From positions 276,134 through 340,133 of the forward strand of contig JAPLVR010000003.1 in the NCBI GenBank assembly GCA_026397015.1: DNA of 64,000 nt, read 5' to 3'. The stretch comes from Candidatus Iainarchaeum sp. Lineage in GTDB: Archaea > Iainarchaeota > Iainarchaeia > Iainarchaeales > JAAZKV01. Position numbers and translations under genes: made by a program. The notes beneath the pieces were generated by a model. It was not told where the DNA came from. It worked only from the letters and a program-made list of their open reading frames with translations, and did no database searches. The stretch's first letter is position 1, and every line of letters begins with the position of its first letter. Below are positions 47,125-56,309 of this stretch, piece after piece.

Positions 47125-49215
47125 TTATGCTGAAAGTTGCCTTGCTAACTGAAGAGAAACGGCCTTTCCGAATATTGCCTCAACCTTTGAAAGATTTTTC
47201 TTAATCTCCGAAGGTTTTGTGATGCCCGCATTGAAAAGCCTTCTCGCACGCACCCTTCCGATTCCCTTCAACTGCACAAGGGAAAGCAGTTCTTCTTTAA
47301 CGCCGTACTTCGCGCGGTCGGAAAGCTTTTTTGCCGGAATCAAATGATGTTCAAGTCCTAAAACTTTTGAAAGCTCTATTGTTGAATATGCGAGCCATTC
47401 AATTATCCGGGTTTTTCCGAAAAGGGTTCCGGGAAGAACGCCATACTTTTCAAAAAGCTCCTGCTCGCGCTTTTCCTCAATCCACTGCTCAAGCATCATC
47501 GCGGAAAAAAATTTGTTTGTTGATTCGGGTTCGAACAAAAGTTTTTCCTGCGAAAAGGGCACTTCAAAAAAGCGGGAATTTATTTCCTCCGAAATAATCG
47601 GCTCAATTTTTTTAGGGGTATTCAGCCACGGGGAAAATTCCATACAATTCGCCCATGCAAAAAGATAGGAAAAAGGGGTGAAAGTTTTTTTGACGCGGAG
47701 AGCCCGTATCAGGGAGTAGGCGCTTTCGGGATCGAGGAACAAATCGGAAACGCGCTTGCCTAATTGAGTGGGCTCGTAGCGGGCCAGCATCGGATTCATG
47801 CTTCCGCTCTTTTTTACGAAACCGAATTCCTCCAAATCGTTTATTATTCCCATTATTTTTTCAAGGAGTGCAGACATTTCCCCGAATTGCTTTGCGTAAA
47901 AGGTTTTTGAGAAAAAAGATCCGGCGCTCTTCAGGTCATAAACATAACGTATTGCAACCAAACCCAAAATATGGGTGCGCAAAATAGGGATAATTCCCAG
48001 TTGAGAGTTCACCGGTTCGGGCAGGCCGTTGATGTAATCTTCCATGTACAAATCTTTTTGTGTTTCGCTGTTTGCGAAAACAATGCTTTTTCCTTCCTTT
48101 GAAAATTTTGGACGACCTGAACGCCCCGACATCTGCTTGAATTCTCGAACTGAGATTAGTTCCATTCCGTATTTTTCGAAGCGGTAAAGGCTTGGAATCA
48201 ATACTATGTCAGCTGGAGAATTTATTCCGGCGGCAAGTGTTGTCGTGGCAACAATTATTTTTATCAATCCGTTTCTAAAATTTTCTTCCACAAGCGAGCG
48301 CTGTTTTTGAATCAGGCCTGCATGGTGGAACGCAATCCCGTTCTTAATTGCTTCCCCCAAAGAAATGCACTGTTCGGTGGGCTGCTCCAAAAAAGAAATC
48401 GCTTCCAAAGAAATTTTTTCAAGCTTCGGCTTTTCTTTTTCGCACAATTTCTTGGACACTGATTCCGACAACTTTTTTGCAGTTGTTTCAGTGCGCTTAC
48501 GCGCGTTCATAAAAATCAGAATTTGTTTTCCCTGCACAAGCGCGTCGTCGACAATTTTTTCGAAGTCGCCTTCCTCAACAGAATCATCGTTAAATTCCAC
48601 AATTTCATTGTAACCCACGCCTTCTTTCAATTTCACCGGACGGAAACTGCTTTCCACCAGCTCGGCATCAAGCCAATTCGAAATTTCTTTCGCATTTGGA
48701 ATGGTGGCGCTCAGTGCCAGGACCTTCAGCTGCGGAATGAGCTGCCTCAATTGAGTAATCGTTATTTCAAGCACCGGCCCCCTGTCGGAATCAATCTCGT
48801 GTATTTCATCAACAATCAGGCAGCCGATTTCTTTCAGCCATTCAGCATCGTGCCTTATCAGCGAAGCGAGCTTTTCATACGTGGTGAAAATCACGTCAAA
48901 CTTTTTCAAATAGGAGCTGCTCGAATCCAAGTCCCCTGTGGAAAGCGCGAACTTGAGTTCGGAATATTTTTTCTTGAAATCGGAGTAGTGTTCGCTTGCA
49001 AGCGCGCGCAACGGACAGGTGTAAATAACTTTTTTTCTGTTGTTGAACGCCTGCTCAAGCATAAATAATTCGGCAATAATCGTTTTCCCTGAAGCGGTGG
49101 GCGCGGAAACCACTAAATTTTTTTCAAATTTTTTTTCAATGCAAAGTTTCTGCATTTCGTTGAAATCAGAAAAACCGTTTGCTTCAAGCACCCTTTTTGC
49201 AACATCGATTTTCAT
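47125..49215 (-). CDS. Ski2-like/Hel308 family DNA helicase
   Basis: VVSAPTASGKTIIAELFML (motif I), LIVDEIHEIDSDRGP (DEIH), SATIPNA, HHAGL, and a C-terminal HhH-like end (GIGRVRARRLFNAGI). ATG 49215; the track start is TTG 49230. Confidence 0.85.
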   Translation of the reverse strand: MKIDVAKRVLEANGFSDFNEMQKLCIEKKFEKNLVVSAPTASGKTIIAELFMLEQAFNNRKKVIYTCPLRALASEHYSDFKKKYSELKFALSTGDLDSSSSYLKKFDVIFTTYEKLASLIRHDAEWLKEIGCLIVDEIHEIDSDRGPVLEITITQLRQLIPQLKVLALSATIPNAKEISNWLDAELVESSFRPVKLKEGVGYNEIVEFNDDSVEEGDFEKIVDDALVQGKQILIFMNARKRTETTAKKLSESVSKKLCEKEKPKLEKISLEAISFLEQPTEQCISLGEAIKNGIAFHHAGLIQKQRSLVEENFRNGLIKIIVATTTLAAGINSPADIVLIPSLYRFEKYGMELISVREFKQMSGRSGRPKFSKEGKSIVFANSETQKDLYMEDYINGLPEPVNSQLGIIPILRTHILGLVAIRYVYDLKSAGSFFSKTFYAKQFGEMSALLEKIMGIINDLEEFGFVKKSGSMNPMLARYEPTQLGKRVSDLFLDPESAYSLIRALRVKKTFTPFSYLFAWANCMEFSPWLNTPKKIEPIISEEINSRFFEVPFSQEKLLFEPESTNKFFSAMMLEQWIEEKREQELFEKYGVLPGTLFGKTRIIEWLAYSTIELSKVLGLEHHLIPAKKLSDRAKYGVKEELLSLVQLKGIGRVRARRLFNAGITKPSEIKKNLSKVEAIFGKAVSLQLARQLSA

Positions 49216-49233
49216 CAAACCAGCTTCCAAAAA

Positions 49234-50061
49234 TCAGAAATAAAATTTTTTTATCTGGGCGCGGACAATTTCCTCGTCCCCGGGATTTGTTACCCCAAAC
49301 CACTTATCACGGGTTTCAATTTTTTTCAACGAAATATTTTTTCTTTCAACTAATGCTCCGACTGAATTTGAAATGGCTGTTTCCGCGTTCTGGTCGTCTT
49401 TGTTGGCTTCCTTGAAGTCGACCAAAATTTTTTCAAAGAGCCCTAAAATTTCCGGCTGGAAACCAAAAATAAGCATGTTTGTCAGAGAGTTTTCGCTCAA
49501 TCCGCTTTCTTTTAAATTCGATTTTTCTATGCCAAAAAATTCTTTTACTTCAACAATATTTCCTTTCGCATCCGCAAAAATTATTCCCCTGTTCACTTTC
49601 CCATTTTCAGGAATGACATCGCCTAACCTGTGAACTACTGCTGCATTGGATTTATTTTTCGAAAGGAAGTCATAAAGCAACTTGAAAGTTTTTTCCCCGT
49701 AAATGTCGTCGCCTGTGCAGACGACAAAAGATTCTTTTATGTTTTCCTTTGCGGAAAGCATAGCATCAAGCGTGCCCCAAGGCTTTCCTCTCTTTGAATG
49801 GTCGAATGTTTGTTTCGCGTAAAAAACCGGCACACCCTTGTAATTGTTCCCGAATTTTTCCTTGAAAGGCTTTTCGGTTTTTTCGCCCACGACGAAAATT
49901 ATTTTGCCAAACGGTGATTTCAATGCCTGGTTGAGGGAAAACTCAATCAGTGTTTCCCCACTCGGCCCGACGCGCGCGAACTGCTTCATCCTGCCGCCGA
50001 AGCGGCTTGAAACGCCTGCGACCAAAAAAACAAGCGCAACTCCCTTCCCCAAATTGAACAC
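49234..50061 (-). CDS. Sugar-phosphate nucleotidyltransferase family protein
   Basis: LVAGVSSRFGG (GxGxRF-type), KPWGTLDA, GDDIY and a C-terminal WFGVTNPGDEE block. Specific substrate not assignable. Confidence 0.65.
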   Translation of the reverse strand: MFNLGKGVALVFLVAGVSSRFGGRMKQFARVGPSGETLIEFSLNQALKSPFGKIIFVVGEKTEKPFKEKFGNNYKGVPVFYAKQTFDHSKRGKPWGTLDAMLSAKENIKESFVVCTGDDIYGEKTFKLLYDFLSKNKSNAAVVHRLGDVIPENGKVNRGIIFADAKGNIVEVKEFFGIEKSNLKESGLSENSLTNMLIFGFQPEILGLFEKILVDFKEANKDDQNAETAISNSVGALVERKNISLKKIETRDKWFGVTNPGDEEIVRAQIKKFYF

Positions 50062-50156
50062 CGATACAAATTAATATTGCAAAAGAATTTTTGAAGGAAA
50101 ATGTTTATGAAACCCCCTCAATGGACTGTAACTTCTGCTCCCGCCCACCTAAAAAT

Positions 50157-50477
50157 TTAATCCTCTTTCAGGGAAGCGAATTCGAAAGCCTTTTGAAGCG
50201 CAAGAATCGCTTTCGGCAAATCATTCATTCGGAAGGAATTGGTTTTTTTCCACTCTTCGCCTTTCTTGTAGCTGCGCTCAATCGTTGTTGTAAAAAACTT
50301 GTCCCCTTTTTTGGACTCGTTCTCCCAAACTGCCACATCAATTGTTCCAATCTTCAATTTTTTCACCGGCTTCACAAAAACACCTCTCGCAGAAATTGAA
50401 TCTGCAAAATAATTGCGAGAGTTTTTGTTTTTAAATGCAGAGCCAGCATCCGTGCCGGTGGAAAAAAATTTATCCAA
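50157..50477 (-). CDS. Hypothetical small protein, possibly a PC4/YdbC-like ssDNA-binding fold
   Basis: IGTIDVAVWENESKKGDKFFTTTIERSYKKGEEWKKTNSFRMNDLPKAILALQKAFEF has the beta-sheet plus C-terminal helix pattern of PC4-like proteins. By eye only. Confidence 0.3.
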   Translation of the reverse strand: MDKFFSTGTDAGSAFKNKNSRNYFADSISARGVFVKPVKKLKIGTIDVAVWENESKKGDKFFTTTIERSYKKGEEWKKTNSFRMNDLPKAILALQKAFEFASLKED

Positions 50478-50519
50478 AAAAATTGGGAAAAAAAGAAGTA
50501 AAAATTTATGGAAAAAAAA

Positions 50520-51161
50520 TTATTCTCTCGCCCATCTCTGGATTTCTTTCAAGGCTTTTTCGGTTTTTTCTATTTCCAAAACTTTTTTTTCAAGGCTGTC
50601 GATTTCTTTCTGCGATGCCGCCATCCTGAAACCCTGCAAATCATCGGCATACCTTGCAACCTTCTTGTTTTTTCTGTAGGCGATTGAAGTGCTTACTGTT
50701 TCCGTAAGCTGTTTTCTGTAATCCAAATCCGTTACGAACATTTTCACCATCGGTTTCCAGCGGTCATCGCCGACAAGATGCGCGGGCAGCTTTACTTTTT
50801 CAGCGTCCTTTTTGTAATCGGAGTCGGAAAGGACTTTTGCCATGTGCTGCCAGTAAAGCGGCTCCTTCAGTTTTTTTAACTGCTGAATCTGGTGGTAAAG
50901 AGAAGCGGAAGCGTATTTCAGCCTCCAATCGCCAAGCTTGCCGGAATAAATTTTTTTCTTGTCACGCAACTCTTTTATTTTTCTGTCAAGAACCAAATAG
51001 CTCGGATAGGTTAGCTTCGGCCACTTGCCACCAATGTCGTATGCTTTTATCACGCCGCCGGAAGAAAAGTATTCTTTTAATGCGTCCTTCCTTTCGCCCT
51101 TTTTCGGGAGTTTTGGAAACGTCTTGTCAAAGCTCTCCAAAGAGGCAATTACTTTATCCAT
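50520..51161 (-). CDS. Hypothetical basic Trp-rich protein, 213 aa
   Basis: Long uninterrupted ORF with native-looking codon usage. No family recognised. Confidence 0.5.
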   Translation of the reverse strand: MDKVIASLESFDKTFPKLPKKGERKDALKEYFSSGGVIKAYDIGGKWPKLTYPSYLVLDRKIKELRDKKKIYSGKLGDWRLKYASASLYHQIQQLKKLKEPLYWQHMAKVLSDSDYKKDAEKVKLPAHLVGDDRWKPMVKMFVTDLDYRKQLTETVSTSIAYRKNKKVARYADDLQGFRMAASQKEIDSLEKKVLEIEKTEKALKEIQRWARE

Positions 51162-51292
51162 AAAATCACAATAGGCTCAACCAGCAAATTTCATATTAGC
51201 AAGTTTTTGATTATAATAGAGAGCAGGGCTAATATTTAAAATATGCTACTTGAAAGTATTTATTAGAAGGTTAATTATCTAGGTGATTTTTT

Positions 51293-51628
51293 TTGTTTCC
51301 GGGCGGAATAAATCCGAAGCAGATGGGAAAAATGATGCGGCAAATGGGCATCAAGAGCGAGGATCTAGAAGCGGAAGAGATAGTAATAAAATTGAAGAAC
51401 GGAAAAAAACTTATTTTCAAAGAGCCGCAGGTTCAAAGCATCGAAATGCAGGGAACGAAAACCTATACGGTAATTGGAAATCCTTCGGAGGAAAGCGGCG
51501 TTCCTGAGGAAGATGTGAAGATGGTTGCGGAGCAAACCGGTGCTTCAAAAGAAAAAGCAAAAAAGGCTTTGGAAGAAAGCAACGGGAATATTGCGGAAGC
51601 GATAATGAAATTAAAGGAAAAAGAGTAG
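51293..51628 (+). CDS. nac: Nascent polypeptide-associated complex protein (NAC + UBA), TTG start
   Basis: (TTG)FPGGINPKQMGKMMRQMGIKSEDL...VQSIEMQGTKTYTVIG...EDVKMVAEQTGASKEKAKKALEESNGNIAEAIMKL. SD AGGTGA at 51281-51286. Confidence 0.9.
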   Translation: MFPGGINPKQMGKMMRQMGIKSEDLEAEEIVIKLKNGKKLIFKEPQVQSIEMQGTKTYTVIGNPSEESGVPEEDVKMVAEQTGASKEKAKKALEESNGNIAEAIMKLKEKE

Positions 51629-51728
51629 TTAGTGTGAACTAAATTGTTCAGAAAATTAATTAGCTCGAATCAAATCCAACAAAAAAGTAATTCGCACAAA
51701 TTAGGCTAATTTTTGAAAATAAAAAAAA

Positions 51729-53846
51729 TTACTCGGGCGGGCGGACCTTCCAAATAAATCCTGTTCTGGACGTGAAATTTGTGTCATCAAATGAAGCATC
51801 ACTACTCCATGCCTCTCCGACTATATACACATAACCTGAAGAATCAAGCGCGATTCCATTAGGGTAATCAGAATCTGCTCCGCCGCCCTGTTTCGCCCAG
51901 TCCAGATTGCCGCTGGAATCAAACTTTGCGACGAGCACATCAAACGAACCGTACGCTCCAAATTGTTCTTCTCCTCCGATTGTAAGCGTTCCTGCGAATC
52001 CGTACGTTACATACACGTTCTCAGAAGAATCGACTGCAAGTGATTTTGTACCCCCGCCATAGGTTAGCATGCCGATCAATAAATCCGAATCCATTACTTT
52101 TGCCCACTGCCAGTTTCCAGAACTGTCAAGCTTTGCCAAAAACATGGCTTTGCCGCCATCGGAAGAGCTTATCTCGATACTGCCGAAAGTCGCCGTTTCG
52201 GTGAATTGCCCGAGAACATATACTCCGCCTGATTCCCCGACAACGACATCATACACCGAACCGGCAGAGGCCTGCGCAACCCACCCCCAATTGCCATCAG
52301 TATTAATTTTTCCAACAAAAACACTGCCATCATAGGCATTCAAGTCAAACGCATCAAACAGCACACTATCGCCAAAAGTGCCCGTTACATATAAGTTGCC
52401 TGAACTGTCTATGTCAATGCTCACGCCCCCATCAACAGACACTCCGCCATCCCTTCTTGCCCAAACCCAGTTGCCATCAGAATCAAGTTTTGAGACAAAA
52501 ATATCTCTGTCATCTTCGCCTTCAACAGCCAGCAAATTTGTATCCCCGAATAATGCATTGGGCCCAAAAGTTCCAGTTAAATAAGTATTGCCGGAAGCGT
52601 CAACAACACACTTGCCGCCATATACGCCGTGGTTTGCAAACAAATATGAGCCGACATAGGGGTTTCTTCCCGACTGCTCTGCCCACAGCCAATTTCCACC
52701 AGAATTTAATGTAGCCGAATATATGTCCGTAACATCGTCTTCGTAAGCTTGCAACATCACACCATCGAAAAATGCCGATCCATAAAATCCACCGCAAGTA
52801 TGTATTTTGCTTGATGAATCAACCTGCGGCCTGCTAGAAACAACACTTTCATTTGTCCCATACGAAGTATTTGCCCACACCCAGTTGCTTCCGTTACTAT
52901 CAAGTTTTGCTATCGCGGCACCCTGATCACACGCTGGATCTGTATGGGTTGCGGTCAGATTGATGCTCCCGAATGACATTGAATCAGTATATGTTGCAGT
53001 CACGAAAATATTGCCGCTTGAATCAACAAACACTCCGTTTCCGGTGCCATCAAAACCTTTCGCAAAATAAATCGGTGGCGCAGGTGCGGCATACGTTACG
53101 CTCCACGGCCCGTTGTTGCTGTCCGCCCAATTATTGTTGCCGTCAATACAATTAACATTCCACTCATAAACCCCTTCTTCGCCGAACGAAACGCTAAAAG
53201 AATCAAAAGGCGCGCTGGAATCCGTTTGGTCAACAACTCCGCCAATAATAAGCTTACAATTCGAAACCCCTACATCATCACTCACAAAATAAACAAAATT
53301 AACATCCCCGTCCTCATCAACACTCTCATCCGAAGGAGAAACCAAAGAAACAACTGGCGAAGTCACATCTATAAAAACATCAGGAGTACAATTCACAACA
53401 AACTCGCCCGACCCTGCAATGATTTTGGTAAGTCCATGCTGGTCAATGTAAATAATATTTATTTTGTAGCCGTGCTCGTTGCCTGTGCAGGCAGGCAAAT
53501 TGGAAACGCTTATTGCTGCATCGCTGCCCACAGGAACCTTTGTGATTGTAAGGTTTTTGTCCTCGCCGTCAATATTTACGCCAACAATTGTTATATCATC
53601 TGCGCTATTATTACTAAACTTGAAAATTGCATCCCCCTTGGAATCAGCAACAGATTCAACAATACTCACATCCTGCGAAGACCAAACCAACTGAGAATTA
53701 TCCTTCGTAAGCCCTGGAGCAGAATCAATAAAACCAGAAATCAAAGAAATAACAACCAAACTTATGACAACTATTATCGCCAAAAGAACCACATATTCAA
53801 TCGTTCCCTGGGCGCGCACCGGCCTTCCTCCACTCATTTTACGCAT
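51729..53846 (-). CDS. Class III (type IV pilin-like) signal peptide protein with an Ig-like domain and an SBBP-type beta-propeller
   Basis: MRKMSGGRPVRAQG|TIEYVVLLAIIVVISLVVISLISG matches the archaeal prepilin motif. About 12 alternating half-repeats follow, of the types DSSGN[IL]YVTGTF and D[SG]GNW[VQ]WA[RK]. Confidence 0.7.
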   Translation of the reverse strand: MRKMSGGRPVRAQGTIEYVVLLAIIVVISLVVISLISGFIDSAPGLTKDNSQLVWSSQDVSIVESVADSKGDAIFKFSNNSADDITIVGVNIDGEDKNLTITKVPVGSDAAISVSNLPACTGNEHGYKINIIYIDQHGLTKIIAGSGEFVVNCTPDVFIDVTSPVVSLVSPSDESVDEDGDVNFVYFVSDDVGVSNCKLIIGGVVDQTDSSAPFDSFSVSFGEEGVYEWNVNCIDGNNNWADSNNGPWSVTYAAPAPPIYFAKGFDGTGNGVFVDSSGNIFVTATYTDSMSFGSINLTATHTDPACDQGAAIAKLDSNGSNWVWANTSYGTNESVVSSRPQVDSSSKIHTCGGFYGSAFFDGVMLQAYEDDVTDIYSATLNSGGNWLWAEQSGRNPYVGSYLFANHGVYGGKCVVDASGNTYLTGTFGPNALFGDTNLLAVEGEDDRDIFVSKLDSDGNWVWARRDGGVSVDGGVSIDIDSSGNLYVTGTFGDSVLFDAFDLNAYDGSVFVGKINTDGNWGWVAQASAGSVYDVVVGESGGVYVLGQFTETATFGSIEISSSDGGKAMFLAKLDSSGNWQWAKVMDSDLLIGMLTYGGGTKSLAVDSSENVYVTYGFAGTLTIGGEEQFGAYGSFDVLVAKFDSSGNLDWAKQGGGADSDYPNGIALDSSGYVYIVGEAWSSDASFDDTNFTSRTGFIWKVRPPE

Positions 53847-53986
53847 AAAAATCAATTGGCGGCGTTCATCGCTTAACAATTAGAAGGCGTTATTGTTTAT
53901 ATTATTATCTTGACCATTTTTCCAACGCGCATAGTATAGAATATAGGTTTCACTGTGTGTCATAAGACCGAACATGCCGTAGCGCC

Positions 53987-55354
53987 TTATTCGCTTTCCT
54001 CGCCGGAAATTCCGGAAATTTTTTCCCTTTGAACCGTGAGGGTGAGAAGAAGATTCAGGCCATCACCTATTTTGTGGCCGGGATTCACTATTGCGGTGAA
54101 GCTCCCCTTTTCAAAAGGAAGCTCCTTTCCAAACGAATTAACCATTAGGCCGTTCATGTCGAAATTCGCGTCCTGTTTCAATGAAACGGAAAAGCCTTTT
54201 GAGGAAAGAATCGTTTCAAGTACGCCTGCATTTTCGGAAGAGAGAATTTCGCCGAAGACAACCTCTTTTGGATACGAAATTTGAATTGCTGCATTTTTGC
54301 CCTTGAAATAATTTCGAATTGAGGAAATAATGGAATCGATTTTTTCTTTCTGGAAACCTGCTGAAATCGAATTGTCTTCGCCCGCTTCCGCCGAGGAAAC
54401 GCCTGCAAAACCCTTAATCATATCGATGTCAGAAGAAGACACTGTGTAATTTTTGTCAACCGAAATTGTTAGGGAATTTTGAAGGGAAAAAATTGCAGGC
54501 CGCGCATTTACGCCGGCGGCGACCAATTGTGATTTCAACGCATTTTCATCGACATAAGAATTCAAATCTCTTTCGCCTTCATATGAAATTTTTTCCCCGA
54601 GAGAAATTATGTTTAATGAAGCGTTTTGGGAAAAATCTTTTGATGAACCTGTATTGTTTGAGGACTCGAGCAGCTCGGCATTAACAAGGGTTTTTCCCTG
54701 CAGCTGAATCGTGCCGCCGACAACGATTGAATCATTCGGAATCGTTGAAAGTTCAACCCACGCCGTTTGCGCCTTTCCTTCAAAAGAAAAATTCACGTCC
54801 ATATTTAGGTCTGTGTTGCGCAGAATCATCGGTTCCTTCGGAACGGAAATTGTAACGCTTTTCTTTACCTCATATGTTCCCTGTTCGCCGGAAAAAAAGC
54901 CCGATGCGAGAATTTTTTCTGCCACCGCGCTTGGAGAAGCATTTTTCTCTATTGAAATTTCGGCGAAGTAAACCCACTCGCCTTCCGGAAAGCCCGTTTG
55001 TGTTTTGAAATTTGAAATTGAAACGGACTTAACGCCGTCTATTCCTTTCACAAACTTGTCGATTTTGTAGATATCGGATTCCTCTGTAATCGCGGCAAAT
55101 CTGACGAAGTTGAGTTCCTTCAAAACAGTTGTTTCAAAACTGGCGGTATAATTGAATTTTGATGTTTCAACAGTTGTTGGCGTTTCTTCCTGATTATTTT
55201 TGTTTGCATTCTTTTCGGTTGAAAGGATGGCTCCCGCTATCATGCTGCCGCCCATTACGACTACAACGAGGATGCCGAGCGCCTGCAACATCTTTTCTTT
55301 TTTCTTTTCGTCCAATTCAACCACTTCAGAACAACCTTTAAAAAGATTCCACAA
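53987..55354 (-). CDS. Hypothetical N-terminally anchored extracellular protein, 455 aa
   Basis: One TM (ALGILVVVVMGGSMIAGAIL), then Ser/Asn-rich sequence of beta-rich character. Directly upstream of, and co-oriented with, the pilin-like propeller gene. ATG 55291 is an alternative start. Confidence 0.55.
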   Translation of the reverse strand: MWNLFKGCSEVVELDEKKKEKMLQALGILVVVVMGGSMIAGAILSTEKNANKNNQEETPTTVETSKFNYTASFETTVLKELNFVRFAAITEESDIYKIDKFVKGIDGVKSVSISNFKTQTGFPEGEWVYFAEISIEKNASPSAVAEKILASGFFSGEQGTYEVKKSVTISVPKEPMILRNTDLNMDVNFSFEGKAQTAWVELSTIPNDSIVVGGTIQLQGKTLVNAELLESSNNTGSSKDFSQNASLNIISLGEKISYEGERDLNSYVDENALKSQLVAAGVNARPAIFSLQNSLTISVDKNYTVSSSDIDMIKGFAGVSSAEAGEDNSISAGFQKEKIDSIISSIRNYFKGKNAAIQISYPKEVVFGEILSSENAGVLETILSSKGFSVSLKQDANFDMNGLMVNSFGKELPFEKGSFTAIVNPGHKIGDGLNLLLTLTVQREKISGISGEESE

Positions 55355-55458
55355 CCCAATCCTGCAATCGGCTGATTTATTTTTAATTTGGAAAGGATTA
55401 TAAAACGTGGGAATTACAGCGGGTGTTTGGGTTGGAAACCGAAAAAGAAAAAATTAAA

Positions 55459-56244
55459 ATGAATAAAAAAATGGTGAAAATAAATTTTACCGGAAGGGAG
55501 CTTACCACCCAAAGCATATTTGATACTACCATAGAGAAGGAAGCGAAGGAAGCTGAAATTTTTGATGAAAAAAGAAAGTATGGCGGGATAACTGTAATCC
55601 TCGGCGAAAAGGAAATGCTGCCCCTTGTTGAGAAAGAGCTTGAAACCATGAAAAATGGGGAGGAGAGAGTTGTTAAAATCGGGCCGAAAGACGGCTTCGG
55701 GGAAAGAAAAACCGACTTGGTAAGGGTAATGCCGATTCTTGATTTTCAAAAACAAAAGTTGAATCCTTTTCCTGGAATGCTGATAAGGGCGGAGCAGTAC
55801 ATCGGAAAGGTGCAAAGTGTAAGCGGAGGAAGGGTGCGTGTCGATTTCAATCATCCGCTTGCAGGGCGCGAACTGGAATACAGAATAAAACTGGAGGAAG
55901 AAGTGAAGGGCAAGGAAAAAATCTGCGAAGAAATTTTTGAAAAATATTATTCGATGGTTCCGGGCGCAAAAAAAGAAATCAAAGATGAAAGCTTATACAT
56001 AACAATTCCTTCTCCCCTTTACAAAAATTTGGAGGGAGTAAATAAAAGCGTTGAAACTCTTGGAAAAGAAATGGGAATAAAAATTTCATTTGCAGAGGGG
56101 AAGGAAAAGCCGGCAGAAGCAAAAAAGGATGAGGGGAAAACTAAAAAAGAAAAGGCATCCGAAAAAAAATCGAGAAATAAAAAATTGTTGGGAAAAGAAC
56201 CAAAAAAAGAAAAAAAGGCCGAAGAAGAAAAGGGCGAGAAATAG
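55459..56244 (+). CDS. FKBP-type peptidyl-prolyl isomerase (SlyD-like with IF insert) with a Lys/Glu-rich tail
   Basis: VKINFTGRELTTQSIFDTT...GERKTDLV...GKVQSVSGGRVRVDFNHPLAGRELEYRIKLEE. Tail of about 50 aa (KEKPAEAKKDEGKTKKEKASEKK...). Confidence 0.85.
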   Translation: MNKKMVKINFTGRELTTQSIFDTTIEKEAKEAEIFDEKRKYGGITVILGEKEMLPLVEKELETMKNGEERVVKIGPKDGFGERKTDLVRVMPILDFQKQKLNPFPGMLIRAEQYIGKVQSVSGGRVRVDFNHPLAGRELEYRIKLEEEVKGKEKICEEIFEKYYSMVPGAKKEIKDESLYITIPSPLYKNLEGVNKSVETLGKEMGIKISFAEGKEKPAEAKKDEGKTKKEKASEKKSRNKKLLGKEPKKEKKAEEEKGEK

Positions 56245-56309
56245 CTTTTTAAAGGTTTCACTAGCCAAATCTGATATTAGAGCTAATTGCGAATTCTTTC
56301 TGTGATAAA

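Noticed and set aside
50520-51161. YADD tetrapeptide (ARYADDLQGF) in the 213-aa hypothetical protein, reminiscent of reverse-transcriptase motif C.
   Set aside because: The protein is too short. It lacks the other RT motifs (no QG..S.L, no upstream palm or finger blocks), and the surrounding sequence does not resemble RT domain order. It is most likely a chance tetrapeptide.
53226-53876. + strand ORFs of 216 aa (53226-53876), 201 aa (62854-63459), 97 aa (60104-60397) and 116 aa (63493-63843) inside the pilin-like and Cys-rich genes.
   Set aside because: They stay open only because the + strand is nearly G-free here, so few stop codons arise. They translate to N/I/T/P/R-rich sequence with no start context. 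The opposite-strand genes have clear signal peptides and domains.
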